From Bacteroidia bacterium (GTDB taxonomy: Bacteria > Bacteroidota > Bacteroidia > JADZBD01), in NCBI GenBank assembly GCA_020054095.1, contig JAGVMA010000068.1:10913-74912 (forward strand): a stretch of 64,000 nt of DNA. Reading direction: 5' to 3'. The notes beneath the pieces were generated by a model. It searched no databases and had not been told where the DNA came from. It saw nothing but the letters and a program-made list of their open reading frames with translations. Shown here one piece after another: positions 40,489 through 50,948 of the stretch. Position 1 is the first letter of the stretch; every line of letters starts with the position of its first letter. A program made the translations under genes and the position numbers.

Positions 40489-43400
40489 ATGAAAACGAAA
40501 ATTATTTTTTTACACTTATTGCTGAGCTATGCATTAGCAATAAATTTTACTCAGGCTCAAATATCTCAAGTCAATTTTACAAACGGACTTAAGGCCTATT
40601 ATCCTATGAATAATAGCCAGTTTTGGGCGGCAGGTGTGGATTATAATTCGCATCCTGAATTTACAAGCGCCACATTTACCATTGATCGTTATGGCAATGC
40701 CACTAATGCGGGTAACTTTAATGCCGGAGACCAGCGATTAAATATTGGTAACAGGCTGATTGCCGCTCAATCGGGCAATTTTACAATCGAAACTTGGTTC
40801 AGAAGCAGTGTAACTTCCGCTACACAGGTATTGTTTTGGGAAGGTGTTGTAGGTGGGTTTAATGTTTGGCTTCGTTTAGAGCCCACTTCAAATCGTATTA
40901 GGGGATTGGCTGGTTCAACTACCAGTTTTGTGGATGTTGTTACTACAAATTCATACTGCGATGGTAATTGGCATCACATTGCTTTTTCTGTTTCTAATAC
41001 TGCAACAGCAAATATCTATATTGATGGTGCGCTTTCGGCAACAAATACCAATGCTTTTACTCCGGGTCAATCGGTTTCCACTTCTATATCAAGAGTTGGT
41101 ATTCGAGATGATTTAACACAAGATATGCAGGGGCAAATTGATGAAATGCGAGTGTGGCAAAGGGTACTATCATTATCTGAAATTATCGCAATTTACAATA
41201 TGCCACGGATAGCAATTCAAACTGTTACACCATCTACATTTTGTGCCGGAAGTTCTATTAGCATTCCTTTTACGGTAACATCCGGTAGTATGGCATCAGG
41301 AAATATTTTTTATGCTCAATTATCAGATGCAAGTGGTAGTTTTATTGCACCTACCATCATTGGCTCAATAACCTCCACAACTTCGGGTACTATTAATACT
41401 ACCATTCCTCAAAATGTAACCACCGGCACCGGATACAGAATAAGGGTATTGGCAAGCAGGTTTCCACTTGTTTCGGAAAACATAACCCAAGCGCTAACAA
41501 TTAATAACCCCAAATCATTTACAAATTACGACATACATTCAAACTTATTAGTCCATTTTAAAATGGATGGCAATACTGTAGCTACTGATTATTCTAATTG
41601 GGGTAATGATGGGCAGATATCTGGTAGTATGTTAAATGATACCGGCTTCAATACAACAGCACCTAATACAGCTTTAAATTTTAATAATAGCGGCAAAATT
41701 TATATGGGACGAGATTATCCTATAGAAATATTAAACGGTACAACATCTTCATTTAGCATATCTACATGGGTATATCAGCGCAGCACACCTTCTACCTGGA
41801 GTTATTTGTGGGCATCATGGGATCCTAATATTCCTAACGGAGCTTTTTTGGGAACTACCAATGCAGGTAATATTCGGTTTAGAATTAATAGTAATACATC
41901 GGTGCAAGCGCCATTACCAAACAATCAGTGGGTGCATGTGGTGGCCACTTATAATGGTGCTACGGGAAGAATATACATGAACGGAGTTCAAGTAGCTTCA
42001 GCAGCGTTAAGCGGCAGCATTACCTTGTCAAACCCACCACAAATGGGCTGGGATCCAATTGCGAATGCTGCTTTTTTTAATGGAAGTTTAGATGAATTTA
42101 GAATGTATGGCAGAGCTCTTACATTACAAGAAGCCGAAATGTTATACCGCGATGGAGCTTTATGTTCAAGCAATAGCCCTGTGTGTAACAATGGTGTATT
42201 AAACTTATATGGACCAACATATTCAACATTATTGTATAACTGGTCGGGTCCTAATGGTTACAGTTCTACATCGGAGGATCCAATAATCAATAATTTTAAT
42301 CCGTTTTCTCAAGGTGGGTACTACTATGTAAATTATACACTTAATGGTTGTGTATCTTCTGCAGATAGCACATTGGTTTTATCAGGAGTACCTGCCGCAT
42401 CAAGTGTTACACACGATACCATTTGTGTAGGACAAACAGCAACTGTAACTGCAAGTGGCGCCAGTATGGGGCAACAATATTATTGGTACAGTGATGCTGC
42501 CGGTACTAATTTGGTGGCTTTAAATGTGGCGTCCTATTCATATTCTCCGGTTGTAACGGATACTGTTTATGTTGCAATCTATAATGGCTCTAATTGTTTC
42601 AGTAATTTGGTACCGGTTTATATTACAGTAAATCCTTTGCCAACAGTAACCGCAAGTGCTAATCCATCAAATGCAACAGTTTGTTTAGGACAACAAATTA
42701 CGTTGAATGGTGCCGGTGCAACAACATATTCGTGGAGTGGTGGTGTAGTAAACAATGTTGCATTTTCGCCAACCGCTACAACTACTTACACTGTTTATGG
42801 CACTAATTCAAATGGCTGTAGCAATACAAATACAATAACAGTAACAGTAAATCCTTTGCCAACAGTAACCGCAAGTGCTAATCCCTCAAATGCAACAGTT
42901 TGTTTAGGGCAGCAGATTACGTTGAATGGTGCCGGTGCAACAACATATTCGTGGAGTGGAGGAGTAGTAAACAATGTGGCATTTTCACCAACTGCTACAA
43001 CTACTTACACCGTTTATGGAACCAACTCAAATGGTTGCAGTAATACAAGTACAATGTTGGTAACAGTAAACCCATTACCAACATTGCCAATAACTGCAAA
43101 CCCGTTAAACGCAAGTGTATGTATTGGTCAACAAGTTACTCTTACAGCAAGCGGTGCAACAACTTATTCGTGGAGTGGTGGAGTGGTAAACAATGTTGCG
43201 TTTTCACCAACTACTACAACTACTTACACTGTTTACGGTACTAATTCAAATGGCTGTAGCAATACAAATACAATAACAGTAACAGTAAATCAAATTCCAT
43301 CTGTGATAGCTAATGCAACTAACATTACTGTTTGCGAAGGAGCAAACCCCGGCTTATCAGCATCAGGGGCAAACACTTATTTGTGGATGCCCGGAAACTT

Positions 43401-44028
43401 AACAGGTTCTAATCCTATTGTAAATCCAACTACAACTACTACTTACACAGTAACCGGAACATCAAGTAGCGGTTGCACTAACACAAGCACGGTAACAATT
43501 AATGTAAATCCCTTACCAGCTGTAACATATAACGAAACACAAACATTGCTATGTGTTAGTTGGGCTCCAATAACACTAACTGCGGGTACACCTGCAAACG
43601 GAACTTACAGTGGCACAGCAGTAACAGGCAATACTTTTGACCCATCGGTTGCCGGTCAAGGAACTTTTAATATTACCTACTCATATACCGATATTAATGG
43701 TTGTACAAACACTGATGTATCGCAAATCACGGTTGATTTATGTACGTCAACCGGAAATACACCGGAAGGTAATAGTGATTTTATAATATTCCCAAATCCG
43801 GTTAACGGCATTATGTATTTTAATTTTGAATTAAAAAATAGTTCTACAGTTTCGCTAAAACTATATGACTCAGCAGGAAGGTTGGTTTTTGTTTTACTGG
43901 AAGACCAGTTACAGCAAGGCGCTCATCAGTATGGTTTTAACACAACTGAATTTTCATCCGGATTATATTTTTATACTTTAAAAATTAATGAAGAAACAAT
44001 CACAAAGAAAATTGTAATTGAAAATTAA
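40489..44028 (+). CDS. T9SS-secreted adhesin-like protein with two LamG-like (concanavalin A-like) domains and at least five tandem Ig-like repeats
   Basis: Signal peptide. Two LamG_3-type endings (DEMRVWQRVLSLSEI; LDEFRMYGRALTLQEAEMLY). 73-aa repeats (VNPLPTVTASANPSNATVCLGQQITL...TYSWSGG...TTTYTVYGTNSNGCSNT). T9SS tail (IIFPNPVNGIMYFNF...GLYFYTL). Confidence 0.8.
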   Translation: MKTKIIFLHLLLSYALAINFTQAQISQVNFTNGLKAYYPMNNSQFWAAGVDYNSHPEFTSATFTIDRYGNATNAGNFNAGDQRLNIGNRLIAAQSGNFTIETWFRSSVTSATQVLFWEGVVGGFNVWLRLEPTSNRIRGLAGSTTSFVDVVTTNSYCDGNWHHIAFSVSNTATANIYIDGALSATNTNAFTPGQSVSTSISRVGIRDDLTQDMQGQIDEMRVWQRVLSLSEIIAIYNMPRIAIQTVTPSTFCAGSSISIPFTVTSGSMASGNIFYAQLSDASGSFIAPTIIGSITSTTSGTINTTIPQNVTTGTGYRIRVLASRFPLVSENITQALTINNPKSFTNYDIHSNLLVHFKMDGNTVATDYSNWGNDGQISGSMLNDTGFNTTAPNTALNFNNSGKIYMGRDYPIEILNGTTSSFSISTWVYQRSTPSTWSYLWASWDPNIPNGAFLGTTNAGNIRFRINSNTSVQAPLPNNQWVHVVATYNGATGRIYMNGVQVASAALSGSITLSNPPQMGWDPIANAAFFNGSLDEFRMYGRALTLQEAEMLYRDGALCSSNSPVCNNGVLNLYGPTYSTLLYNWSGPNGYSSTSEDPIINNFNPFSQGGYYYVNYTLNGCVSSADSTLVLSGVPAASSVTHDTICVGQTATVTASGASMGQQYYWYSDAAGTNLVALNVASYSYSPVVTDTVYVAIYNGSNCFSNLVPVYITVNPLPTVTASANPSNATVCLGQQITLNGAGATTYSWSGGVVNNVAFSPTATTTYTVYGTNSNGCSNTNTITVTVNPLPTVTASANPSNATVCLGQQITLNGAGATTYSWSGGVVNNVAFSPTATTTYTVYGTNSNGCSNTSTMLVTVNPLPTLPITANPLNASVCIGQQVTLTASGATTYSWSGGVVNNVAFSPTTTTTYTVYGTNSNGCSNTNTITVTVNQIPSVIANATNITVCEGANPGLSASGANTYLWMPGNLTGSNPIVNPTTTTTYTVTGTSSSGCTNTSTVTINVNPLPAVTYNETQTLLCVSWAPITLTAGTPANGTYSGTAVTGNTFDPSVAGQGTFNITYSYTDINGCTNTDVSQITVDLCTSTGNTPEGNSDFIIFPNPVNGIMYFNFELKNSSTVSLKLYDSAGRLVFVLLEDQLQQGAHQYGFNTTEFSSGLYFYTLKINEETITKKIVIEN
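42628..43284 (+). repeat. Three tandem 219-bp coding repeats (~90-97% identical at nucleotide level) inside the adhesin gene
   Basis: Copies begin at 42628, 42847 and 43066. Copies 1 and 2 differ at only a handful of bases. Two further diverged copies follow, up to ~43720. Confidence 0.85.
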
Positions 44029-44041
44029 ATTTTTTACAAAT

Positions 44042-44076
44042 AAAACTGCCACCTTTTGGGTGGCAGTTTTATTTTG
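44042..44076. terminator. Bidirectional rho-independent terminator
   Basis: 12-bp stem (aaaactgccacc / ggtggcagtttt) with loop ttttg, flanked by A- and T-runs. Lies between convergent genes. Confidence 0.8.
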
Positions 44077-44091
44077 ATTAGTTGTAATAAA

Positions 44092-46182
44092 TCAATAGCT
44101 TAAAATTTCGTCTATTGCTTTTGCAACCTTATCTGCATTAGGTAGCATTGCAGCTTCAAGTGTTGAGTTTAGTGGTATTGCAGGCATGTTCTCTGCACCA
44201 ATAAGTTTAACCGGTGCATCTAAATATTCAAAACATTTTTCTGATATCATGCCGGCAATGCCTTGTGCAAAACTTCCGCGCCAGCTTTCTTCGGTAAGCA
44301 CAATGCATCGGTTGTGTTTCTTTACCGATTCAAAAATAGTTTCTTCATCAATCGGGCTTAGTGTTCTTAAGTCAACAACTTCAATACGACCATTAAAATT
44401 TTTAGCTGCATTTTTTGCCCAGTAAACTCCCATGCCATAAGTAATTATGGTGAGCGAGGTTTGCTCTTTGCTTGTTTCGGCTGCCAAAGTAATTCTCGCT
44501 TTCCCGAAAGGAATAATATAATCCTCATCGGGCTCAATTGTTTTTGCTTCTTCGGTGCCTTTTATCTTGCTCCAGTATAATCCTTTGTGTTCGAGCATCA
44601 CCACCGGATTAGGATCATAATAGGCAGCTTTCATCAGCCCTTTTAAATCGGCACCGGTGCTTGGGTAAGCTACTTTTATACCTTTTATATTCGCAACAAT
44701 TGTTTCCACGCTCGATGAGTGATAGGGACCACCGCTGCCATAAGCGCCAATAGGAACACGCAATATCATACTCACCGGCCACTTGCCGTTAGTCAAATAA
44801 CACGAGCGACTAACTTCAGTAAACAATTGATTTAAGCCCGGCCAGATATAATCTGCAAATTGAACTTCTACAATTGGTTTTAAACCCACTGCGCTCATAC
44901 CAACTGTGGAGCCAATAATAAATGCTTCTTGAATTGGAGTATTAAAAACACGTTCAGTGCCAAACTGCTGGGCAAGTGTTGCAGCTTCTCTAAAAACTCC
45001 GCCTAAGCGCAACCCTACATCTTGTCCATAAAGCAAACATTCTTTGTGTTTAGCCATTAATTCGCGAATGGCGAAAAGTGCAGAGTCAACCATAACGGTT
45101 GGTTGCTTACCTTTTGGGGAGCGCTCACCTTTTTCTTCGGTTATAGGCGTGGGAGCAAAGTCGTGTGAAAATAAATCTTCGGGTTTTGGGTCTTCGGCTT
45201 TAAGTGCTTGTTCGTATTCTTCGGCTACTTTTTTTATTGCCGATGCCTCGATATTTTTTAATTCTTTCTCATCAAAACCTGCAGCAATTAATTGTAATCG
45301 CAATTTCGGAAACGGGTCGCGCTTGGCGACTTCTTCCAAATCATCGCGATACCACTCTTTGCGAACGCCCGATGTATGATGGTTTAGTAGAGGAACTTTA
45401 GCGTGAATTAAAAACGGCCTACGTTCTTTTCGCATGAGCGCAATCACTTCTTCAATTGTTTGATACGAGCGAGTAAAATCGGTGCCATCAATTGTTCTAA
45501 CTTCTAATCCTTTAAATCCTTTTGCATATTCAGTTGCATCCTGCACACGTATTTCTTTTGCATTTGCAGATATATCCCATTCGTTATCTTGAATAAAATA
45601 AAGAATTGGTAATTTTTTTAGCACTGCCATTTGAAATGCCTCAGCCACTTCGCCTTCTGTAATTGAAGCATCGCCAAGCGAACAAACGGCAATAGCTTTT
45701 TCTGGATTTTTTAAATCATCCAAGCCCACTTCTTCGCGGTATTTTATGCCCATTGCAATGCCTGTTGTGGGAATTGCCTGCATACCTGTAGCCGAAGACT
45801 GGTGCGGAATTTTTGGCATATCATCTCTGCGTAAACTTGGGTGTGCATAATAAGTTCGTCCGCCCGAAAACGGATCATCGCGCTTACCAAGCAATTGCAG
45901 CATCAGTTCATAAGGCTTTACGCCTATGCCTAATAAAATACTGTCATCGCGATAATAGGCAGATAAATAATCTTGCTTTTTTAGCTGAAGTCCCAATGCT
46001 AATTGAACGGCCTCATGTCCGCGCGATGTTGCGTGAACATATTTTGCCGTAATTTCTTTATTGGCTTCGTATAATTCTGTTAATGCTTTAGCAGTGCAAA
46101 TTAACTCCCATGCTCTCAGTAAAACAGTTTCAGGTAAAGGAGAATTTATTTTCTGTTTTTTTTCCATCGTTGATTGCTCCAT
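44092..46182 (-). CDS. Fused 2-oxoacid dehydrogenase E1 component (alpha plus beta subunits, TPP-dependent)
   Basis: N-terminal half carries the TPP-binding alpha-subunit pattern (GDASITEGE...FIQDNEWDIS). C-terminal half is transketolase-like beta-subunit sequence. 696 aa, as in the Bacteroidota fused E1. Confidence 0.8.
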   Translation of the reverse strand: MEQSTMEKKQKINSPLPETVLLRAWELICTAKALTELYEANKEITAKYVHATSRGHEAVQLALGLQLKKQDYLSAYYRDDSILLGIGVKPYELMLQLLGKRDDPFSGGRTYYAHPSLRRDDMPKIPHQSSATGMQAIPTTGIAMGIKYREEVGLDDLKNPEKAIAVCSLGDASITEGEVAEAFQMAVLKKLPILYFIQDNEWDISANAKEIRVQDATEYAKGFKGLEVRTIDGTDFTRSYQTIEEVIALMRKERRPFLIHAKVPLLNHHTSGVRKEWYRDDLEEVAKRDPFPKLRLQLIAAGFDEKELKNIEASAIKKVAEEYEQALKAEDPKPEDLFSHDFAPTPITEEKGERSPKGKQPTVMVDSALFAIRELMAKHKECLLYGQDVGLRLGGVFREAATLAQQFGTERVFNTPIQEAFIIGSTVGMSAVGLKPIVEVQFADYIWPGLNQLFTEVSRSCYLTNGKWPVSMILRVPIGAYGSGGPYHSSSVETIVANIKGIKVAYPSTGADLKGLMKAAYYDPNPVVMLEHKGLYWSKIKGTEEAKTIEPDEDYIIPFGKARITLAAETSKEQTSLTIITYGMGVYWAKNAAKNFNGRIEVVDLRTLSPIDEETIFESVKKHNRCIVLTEESWRGSFAQGIAGMISEKCFEYLDAPVKLIGAENMPAIPLNSTLEAAMLPNADKVAKAIDEILSY

Positions 46183-46303
46183 ATTTTAGGTGTTCAAAAA
46201 TAGCAAGGTTAAATATAAACTTTATTATTTTATTTTCTACAAAATCAGCTCTTTTGGGGGTATGTGTGGGGCTCAACAAATAAGCTACCTTCGCCCACTA
46301 TTT

Positions 46304-47614
46304 ATGATAAGCAAAGTATTAGCTAATTTAAAGATTGCTGCATTAAGCCCAATGCAAAATGCTGCAATTGCAGCATCCGAAAATTCGGATGATATGTTGT
46401 TGTTATCTCCAACAGGTTCGGGAAAAACATTGGCTTTTTTAATACTTGTTTTAAAGCGTTTGAATAAAACAAAGCAAGGTGTGCAGGCGTTGGTTTTAGT
46501 TCCTTCGCGCGAATTGGGATTGCAAATTGAGCAAGTATTTAAACAAATGTGCACAGGCTTCAAAGTAAATTGTTGTTATGGCGGACATGCAACTCGGGTA
46601 GAAAAAAGAAATTTAGAGCATCCTCCTGCCCTTTTGGTGGGTACTCCCGGCCGCATTGCTTATCACATTCGCAACCAAAATATTAATACTAATTCAATAT
46701 GCACGCTGGTTTTAGACGAGTTTGATAAATCATTAGAATTTGGTTTTCACGATGAAATGAAATTTATTATTTCTGACTTGAGGCATTTGAACAAGCGCAT
46801 TCTTACATCAGCAACTGTAATGGAAGATATTCCTGATTTTACGGGTGTAAAAAATTTGCAGGTGCTTAATTTTTTGAGCAACGATAATGCACCACCTATC
46901 GGATTAAAACTGAAAACTGTAAAAGCGGAAGGGAAAGATAAAATTGGTGCTTTGTTTTCACTACTTTGTACAATTAATAGTAACGCCACACTTGTTTTTT
47001 GTAATCATCGCGATGCGGTAGAACGCATTAGCGATTTACTTTTTGATAAAAATATTTTGCACGGTATTTTTCATGGCGGGATGGAGCAGGAAGACAGAGA
47101 GCGTACGTTAATAAAATTCAGAAACGGAAGCCACCGTATTTTAGTTTGTACTGATTTAGCATCGCGCGGTTTAGATATTCCTGAAATTGAAACAATTGTG
47201 CATTACCAATTACCCGTTACCGAAGAAGTTTTTACCCACCGTAACGGCCGCACTGCTCGTATGCACGCAAAAGGAATTGCTTATTTAATTTTGGGTGAAA
47301 ATGAATACGTGCCTGATTTTGTTAAAGATGAACCTGAAGAAGAAGTTTTGTATAGCGATGTATCACTACCAGCGCCATCAAAATGGAAAACACTTTACTT
47401 TGCCGCAGGCAGAAAAAATAAAATAAATAAAATTGACATTGTGGGCTTGTTATTGCAGAAAGGAAATTTGCAAAAAGAGGAATTAGGTTTAATTGAGGTG
47501 CTAGATTTTAGTGCTTACGCTGCTGTAAAAGCCGATAAGATTAATAAGGTGGTAGCTATTATGCGAAACGAAAAAATAAAAAATAAAAAAATTAAAATTG
47601 AAATTTCGGAGTAG
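46304..47614 (+). CDS. DEAD-box ATP-dependent RNA helicase with a DbpA-type C-terminal RNA-binding domain
   Basis: Q-motif region, motif I SPTGSGKT, motif II as a DEFD variant, SAT, HRNGRTAR, and a C-terminal DbpA-like domain. Start moved to the Met at 46304; the upstream extension looks non-coding. Confidence 0.8.
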   Translation: MISKVLANLKIAALSPMQNAAIAASENSDDMLLLSPTGSGKTLAFLILVLKRLNKTKQGVQALVLVPSRELGLQIEQVFKQMCTGFKVNCCYGGHATRVEKRNLEHPPALLVGTPGRIAYHIRNQNINTNSICTLVLDEFDKSLEFGFHDEMKFIISDLRHLNKRILTSATVMEDIPDFTGVKNLQVLNFLSNDNAPPIGLKLKTVKAEGKDKIGALFSLLCTINSNATLVFCNHRDAVERISDLLFDKNILHGIFHGGMEQEDRERTLIKFRNGSHRILVCTDLASRGLDIPEIETIVHYQLPVTEEVFTHRNGRTARMHAKGIAYLILGENEYVPDFVKDEPEEEVLYSDVSLPAPSKWKTLYFAAGRKNKINKIDIVGLLLQKGNLQKEELGLIEVLDFSAYAAVKADKINKVVAIMRNEKIKNKKIKIEISE

Positions 47615-47920
47615 TTATTTTTTTAGTACTCTGTCTAAATAAAATGTTCCGAAAGGAATGACTGAAAGTAAAAATCCTAAAAACACTTTTTTTATTTTCC
47701 AATTGAAATATTCTTTTGCATAATAAAGTACAACAAAAAATAATAAAAATAAAACACCATGTATTATGCCAATGTAGCGAACCGGTTCAGGTATATTCCA
47801 TAAATACTTTAGTGGCATGCAAATGAATACTAAAAGCAAAAAAGATATTCCCTCAATAAATCCAAGTTTTAATAGCAAGTTTAGCACGTTGTTATTTTTA
47901 GCTTCCATTTTAATCTTCAA
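47615..47920 (-). CDS. DUF3817-domain membrane protein
   Basis: 101 aa with two TM helices. DUF3817-like ([26 protein letters not shown]). Confidence 0.55.
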   Translation of the reverse strand: MKIKMEAKNNNVLNLLLKLGFIEGISFLLLVFICMPLKYLWNIPEPVRYIGIIHGVLFLLFFVVLYYAKEYFNWKIKKVFLGFLLSVIPFGTFYLDRVLKK

Positions 47921-48650
47921 TCGTTTTTAGGTAAGATGCCTCTTCAGTTTTAATTGATGTGGCAACAAGTTCATTTATTTCGCTAATCTCTGTTTCGGTT
48001 AAGTAACGCCATTCCCCGGTTCTTATTCCATCCAGTTTTATATTCATAATGCGTGTGCGTTTTAATTTTATCACATTGTAGCCAAGCGCTTCGCACATTC
48101 TGCGTATTTGGCGGTTCAGCCCTTGTGTTAAAATTATTTTAAACCGATTTGGCGCTTGCTGCTCTACTACACATTTTTTGGTTACTGTATCCAGTATGTT
48201 TACGCCATTGCCCATTTTAAATACAAAATTATTGTCAATTGTTTTGTCAACGGTAACGATATATTCTTTCTCGTGGTTATTACCTGCACGTAAAATTTTA
48301 TTTACAATGTCGCCATCATTGGTCAAAAAAATTAAACCTTCTGATGGCTTATCTAACCTGCCTATTGGGAAAATTCTTTTCGGGTGATTAATACATTCAA
48401 TAATGTTATCGCAGTCTTTTAAGTCAGTAGTACTGGTTACGCCAATGGGTTTATTAAAGGCAATATAAATTGATTTTTGTTTTTCCTTAAGTAGCTTGCC
48501 GTTAATTCTTATTTCATCGTTATCAGTAACTTTTGTTCCAAGTTCCGGAAATTTTCCGTTCACTGTTACACGTTTTTGTTCAATAAGTTTATCGGCCTCA
48601 CGCCTCGAGCAAATGCCTGTAGAGCTGATGTATTTATTAAGTCGTTCCAA
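47910..48650 (-). CDS. RluF/RsuA-family rRNA pseudouridine synthase
   Basis: N-terminal S4 domain ([20 protein letters not shown]). Catalytic Asp region ([19 protein letters not shown]). Confidence 0.8.
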   Translation of the reverse strand: MERLNKYISSTGICSRREADKLIEQKRVTVNGKFPELGTKVTDNDEIRINGKLLKEKQKSIYIAFNKPIGVTSTTDLKDCDNIIECINHPKRIFPIGRLDKPSEGLIFLTNDGDIVNKILRAGNNHEKEYIVTVDKTIDNNFVFKMGNGVNILDTVTKKCVVEQQAPNRFKIILTQGLNRQIRRMCEALGYNVIKLKRTRIMNIKLDGIRTGEWRYLTETEISEINELVATSIKTEEASYLKTIED

Positions 48651-48665
48651 ATAAATTTAGCTTTC

Positions 48666-49421
48666 TTATTTTGTTTTGAAAGAGCTAATGGCATTAACTG
48701 TGAAATCGGATAGTACCAACTTACCGCTCACAGCCGCTCGTTCAATGAGGAGTGTTTCCCAATTTTCAGTGCCTTGCCACATTATTTTTTTCAGCATCAT
48801 CATCGCTTCGGGGTTAGATTTGCTGAGCCTGGTTGCCAATGTTGTGATGGCATTATCTAAATCAGAAACTGAGCTGTGTACTTCGGCATACATTCCTTTT
48901 TCTTTTGCCCAGTCAGCAGTTTGCCATTCGGTGGCATTTATAGTTAGCTGGCAAAATGCCGATGTTCCTACTTTTCTTTCAACTGCCGGCCCTACTACAA
49001 ACGGGCCAATGCCCACAGCAAGCTCTGATAATTTTACCGATGCGCTGTCAACAGCAAAAGTATAGTCTGCCGCACAGGCAATGCCCACACCGCCACCCAC
49101 AGTTTTGCCTTGCACCCGGGCAATAATAAATTTAGGTGCATTCCGCATTGCGTTTATCACCATAGCAAAGCCGCTGAAAAATGTTTTACCGGTTTCAAAA
49201 TCTTTGATAGAAATTAATTCATCGAATGATGCACCCGCACAAAATGCTTTTTCGCCTTCGCTTTTAAGTATAATTACTTTTACTTCATTGTCCTTTCCGG
49301 CTGCTTCTATTTCTTTTGCAAGTGTACGAAGCAGTATACCCGGCATGCTATTGCTTTGTGGGTGAAAGAATGTAATGGTTCCTATGCCATCTTTTTTCTC
49401 GGTTTTTACAAATCCTTCCAT
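48666..49421 (-). CDS. Enoyl-CoA hydratase/isomerase (crotonase)-family protein
   Basis: Crotonase-fold pattern (CAGASFDEL...GGGVGIACAADY). Confidence 0.7.
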   Translation of the reverse strand: MEGFVKTEKKDGIGTITFFHPQSNSMPGILLRTLAKEIEAAGKDNEVKVIILKSEGEKAFCAGASFDELISIKDFETGKTFFSGFAMVINAMRNAPKFIIARVQGKTVGGGVGIACAADYTFAVDSASVKLSELAVGIGPFVVGPAVERKVGTSAFCQLTINATEWQTADWAKEKGMYAEVHSSVSDLDNAITTLATRLSKSNPEAMMMLKKIMWQGTENWETLLIERAAVSGKLVLSDFTVNAISSFKTK

Positions 49422-49422
49422 A

Positions 49423-50889
49423 TTATTTTATTAAATCTTTTAATTTTCGTTGTATGTATTTTTCTGATGTGAGCAAGCTGGTTTGTATTCTTCTGGCATA
49501 TTTTATACTGTCAATTATCTCTTTTTGCTTTTCTTCTACTATTGTTTTTTGTATATTAATTAAATCTTTTTGTTTACGAGTAATTTTAAATCTATTAAAC
49601 ATGAAGATAGCAAAAATGGTGGCGATTATTAAACCTCCATAAAGAGAAAATTTTACAATTTTTTCTTGTTGTAATTTTACTTCAATAATTTTTTTTTCCT
49701 CCATTGCTCTCACACTGTCTGCTGCTGCCTTTTTTTCATATTCATGTTTTAATCCTACTCGTATTCCTGCTTTCTTGTTTTTTTCACTATTCATACTGTC
49801 TCTCGTAGTTATGTATGTTTCATACATTTGCAGTGCCTTATCACTTTTATTAGTTGCTTTATAAATCTTGTAAAGGAGCAACGAGGAGTTTTTTATCAAA
49901 TCGGGAAAACCGGTTTCTAAAGCAACTTTCTGCCCTCTTAAAGTGTATTTTAGCGACACATCGTATCTCCTCTGAGAAAAGTATACTTCTCCAATTTTTA
50001 CATTTGAATTTGAATAAACATCAACTTGATTATGTTTGTCAGCATACTTCACAGCTTCAAAAAAGTAGTACAATGCACTATCATGATTTCCTTTATGAAA
50101 AAAGGCTGTGCCTATGTTCTCGAGAGTAGGGCAAAGGTTATCTACGGCATTTACCCTTTTATATGTAATAATGCAACTGCGAAGTAAATTAATAGCAGTG
50201 TCATATTCTTTTTGCTCTGTTTTTAAAACAGCGATATTATTAATAATCGCTGAAGCCTCTACATCTAAACCGAGATTCTTAAAAATGGCCAACCCTTTTT
50301 CCATGTAAGCGATGCTGTTAGCAGTGTCGCCTTGCATACCAATGAGATGAGCTATGTTTTGATACGAAATTGCCTCTCCATATCTGTTGCCGACTTCCTG
50401 CTGTATTTTCAAACTGTTACTCATCAATTCGATCCCTTTTGTATAGTCGCCTTTTCTTGAGTATTGAAAACCAATGTTATTTAAGGTTTTAGCCATTCCT
50501 ACTTTATCAGATATTTCTTTATATATACTAAATGCTTCGCTATTTAACTTTATTGATGTTTCTGTAATTCCTCGATTACTCTCAATACTTGCAAAATTAG
50601 TGAGCGTATATGCAAGGTAATATTTGTATATTTTCTTTAGATATTCCGATTGATTTATAGTTAAATTTTTTTTTGCTACCGTATTTAGCCTTTGGTTGTA
50701 AATGGGCCAAATACTATCGTTAAGTTCTTCTTCCGTTAACAAATATAAAATCCGGCATAGACTTGTGTCGTTCTTAGCTCTTTGTAACTCATTTTTTAAT
50801 GAGTCGAGGTTAATTGCTTGTGCAATAGAAGTTACATTTATACTGCTGAGTAAAAAGAGTAGAAAAATGTATGATTTATATTTTGTCAA
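49423..50889 (-). CDS. TPR-repeat membrane-anchored sensor-like protein; looks like the N-terminal module of a SpoIIE/PP2C-type phosphatase with the phosphatase domain absent
   Basis: Signal peptide, ~8 TPR units, a TM helix (LYGGLIIATIFAIFMF), then a coiled coil ending ...EEKQKEIIDSIKYARRIQTSLLTSEKYIQRKLKDLIK followed by stop. The next gene starts 2 bp downstream. Confidence 0.6.
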   Translation of the reverse strand: MTKYKSYIFLLFLLSSINVTSIAQAINLDSLKNELQRAKNDTSLCRILYLLTEEELNDSIWPIYNQRLNTVAKKNLTINQSEYLKKIYKYYLAYTLTNFASIESNRGITETSIKLNSEAFSIYKEISDKVGMAKTLNNIGFQYSRKGDYTKGIELMSNSLKIQQEVGNRYGEAISYQNIAHLIGMQGDTANSIAYMEKGLAIFKNLGLDVEASAIINNIAVLKTEQKEYDTAINLLRSCIITYKRVNAVDNLCPTLENIGTAFFHKGNHDSALYYFFEAVKYADKHNQVDVYSNSNVKIGEVYFSQRRYDVSLKYTLRGQKVALETGFPDLIKNSSLLLYKIYKATNKSDKALQMYETYITTRDSMNSEKNKKAGIRVGLKHEYEKKAAADSVRAMEEKKIIEVKLQQEKIVKFSLYGGLIIATIFAIFMFNRFKITRKQKDLINIQKTIVEEKQKEIIDSIKYARRIQTSLLTSEKYIQRKLKDLIK

Positions 50890-50948
50890 TCGTGAGTTTT
50901 TTTTATTGCGTAAATTTATCTTTTATTTCATAATAGTATGTCAGTTTT

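Noticed and set aside
42628-43284. Possible CRISPR-like or other non-coding repeat array
   Set aside because: The repeats are 219 bp, in frame, and encode Ig-like protein domains inside a long ORF. There are no short direct repeats with unique spacers anywhere in the window.
46190-46303. 38-aa N-terminal extension of the DEAD-box helicase
   Set aside because: Low-complexity sequence (YKLYYFIFYKISSFGG) with no helicase similarity. The Q-motif region begins after the Met at 46304.
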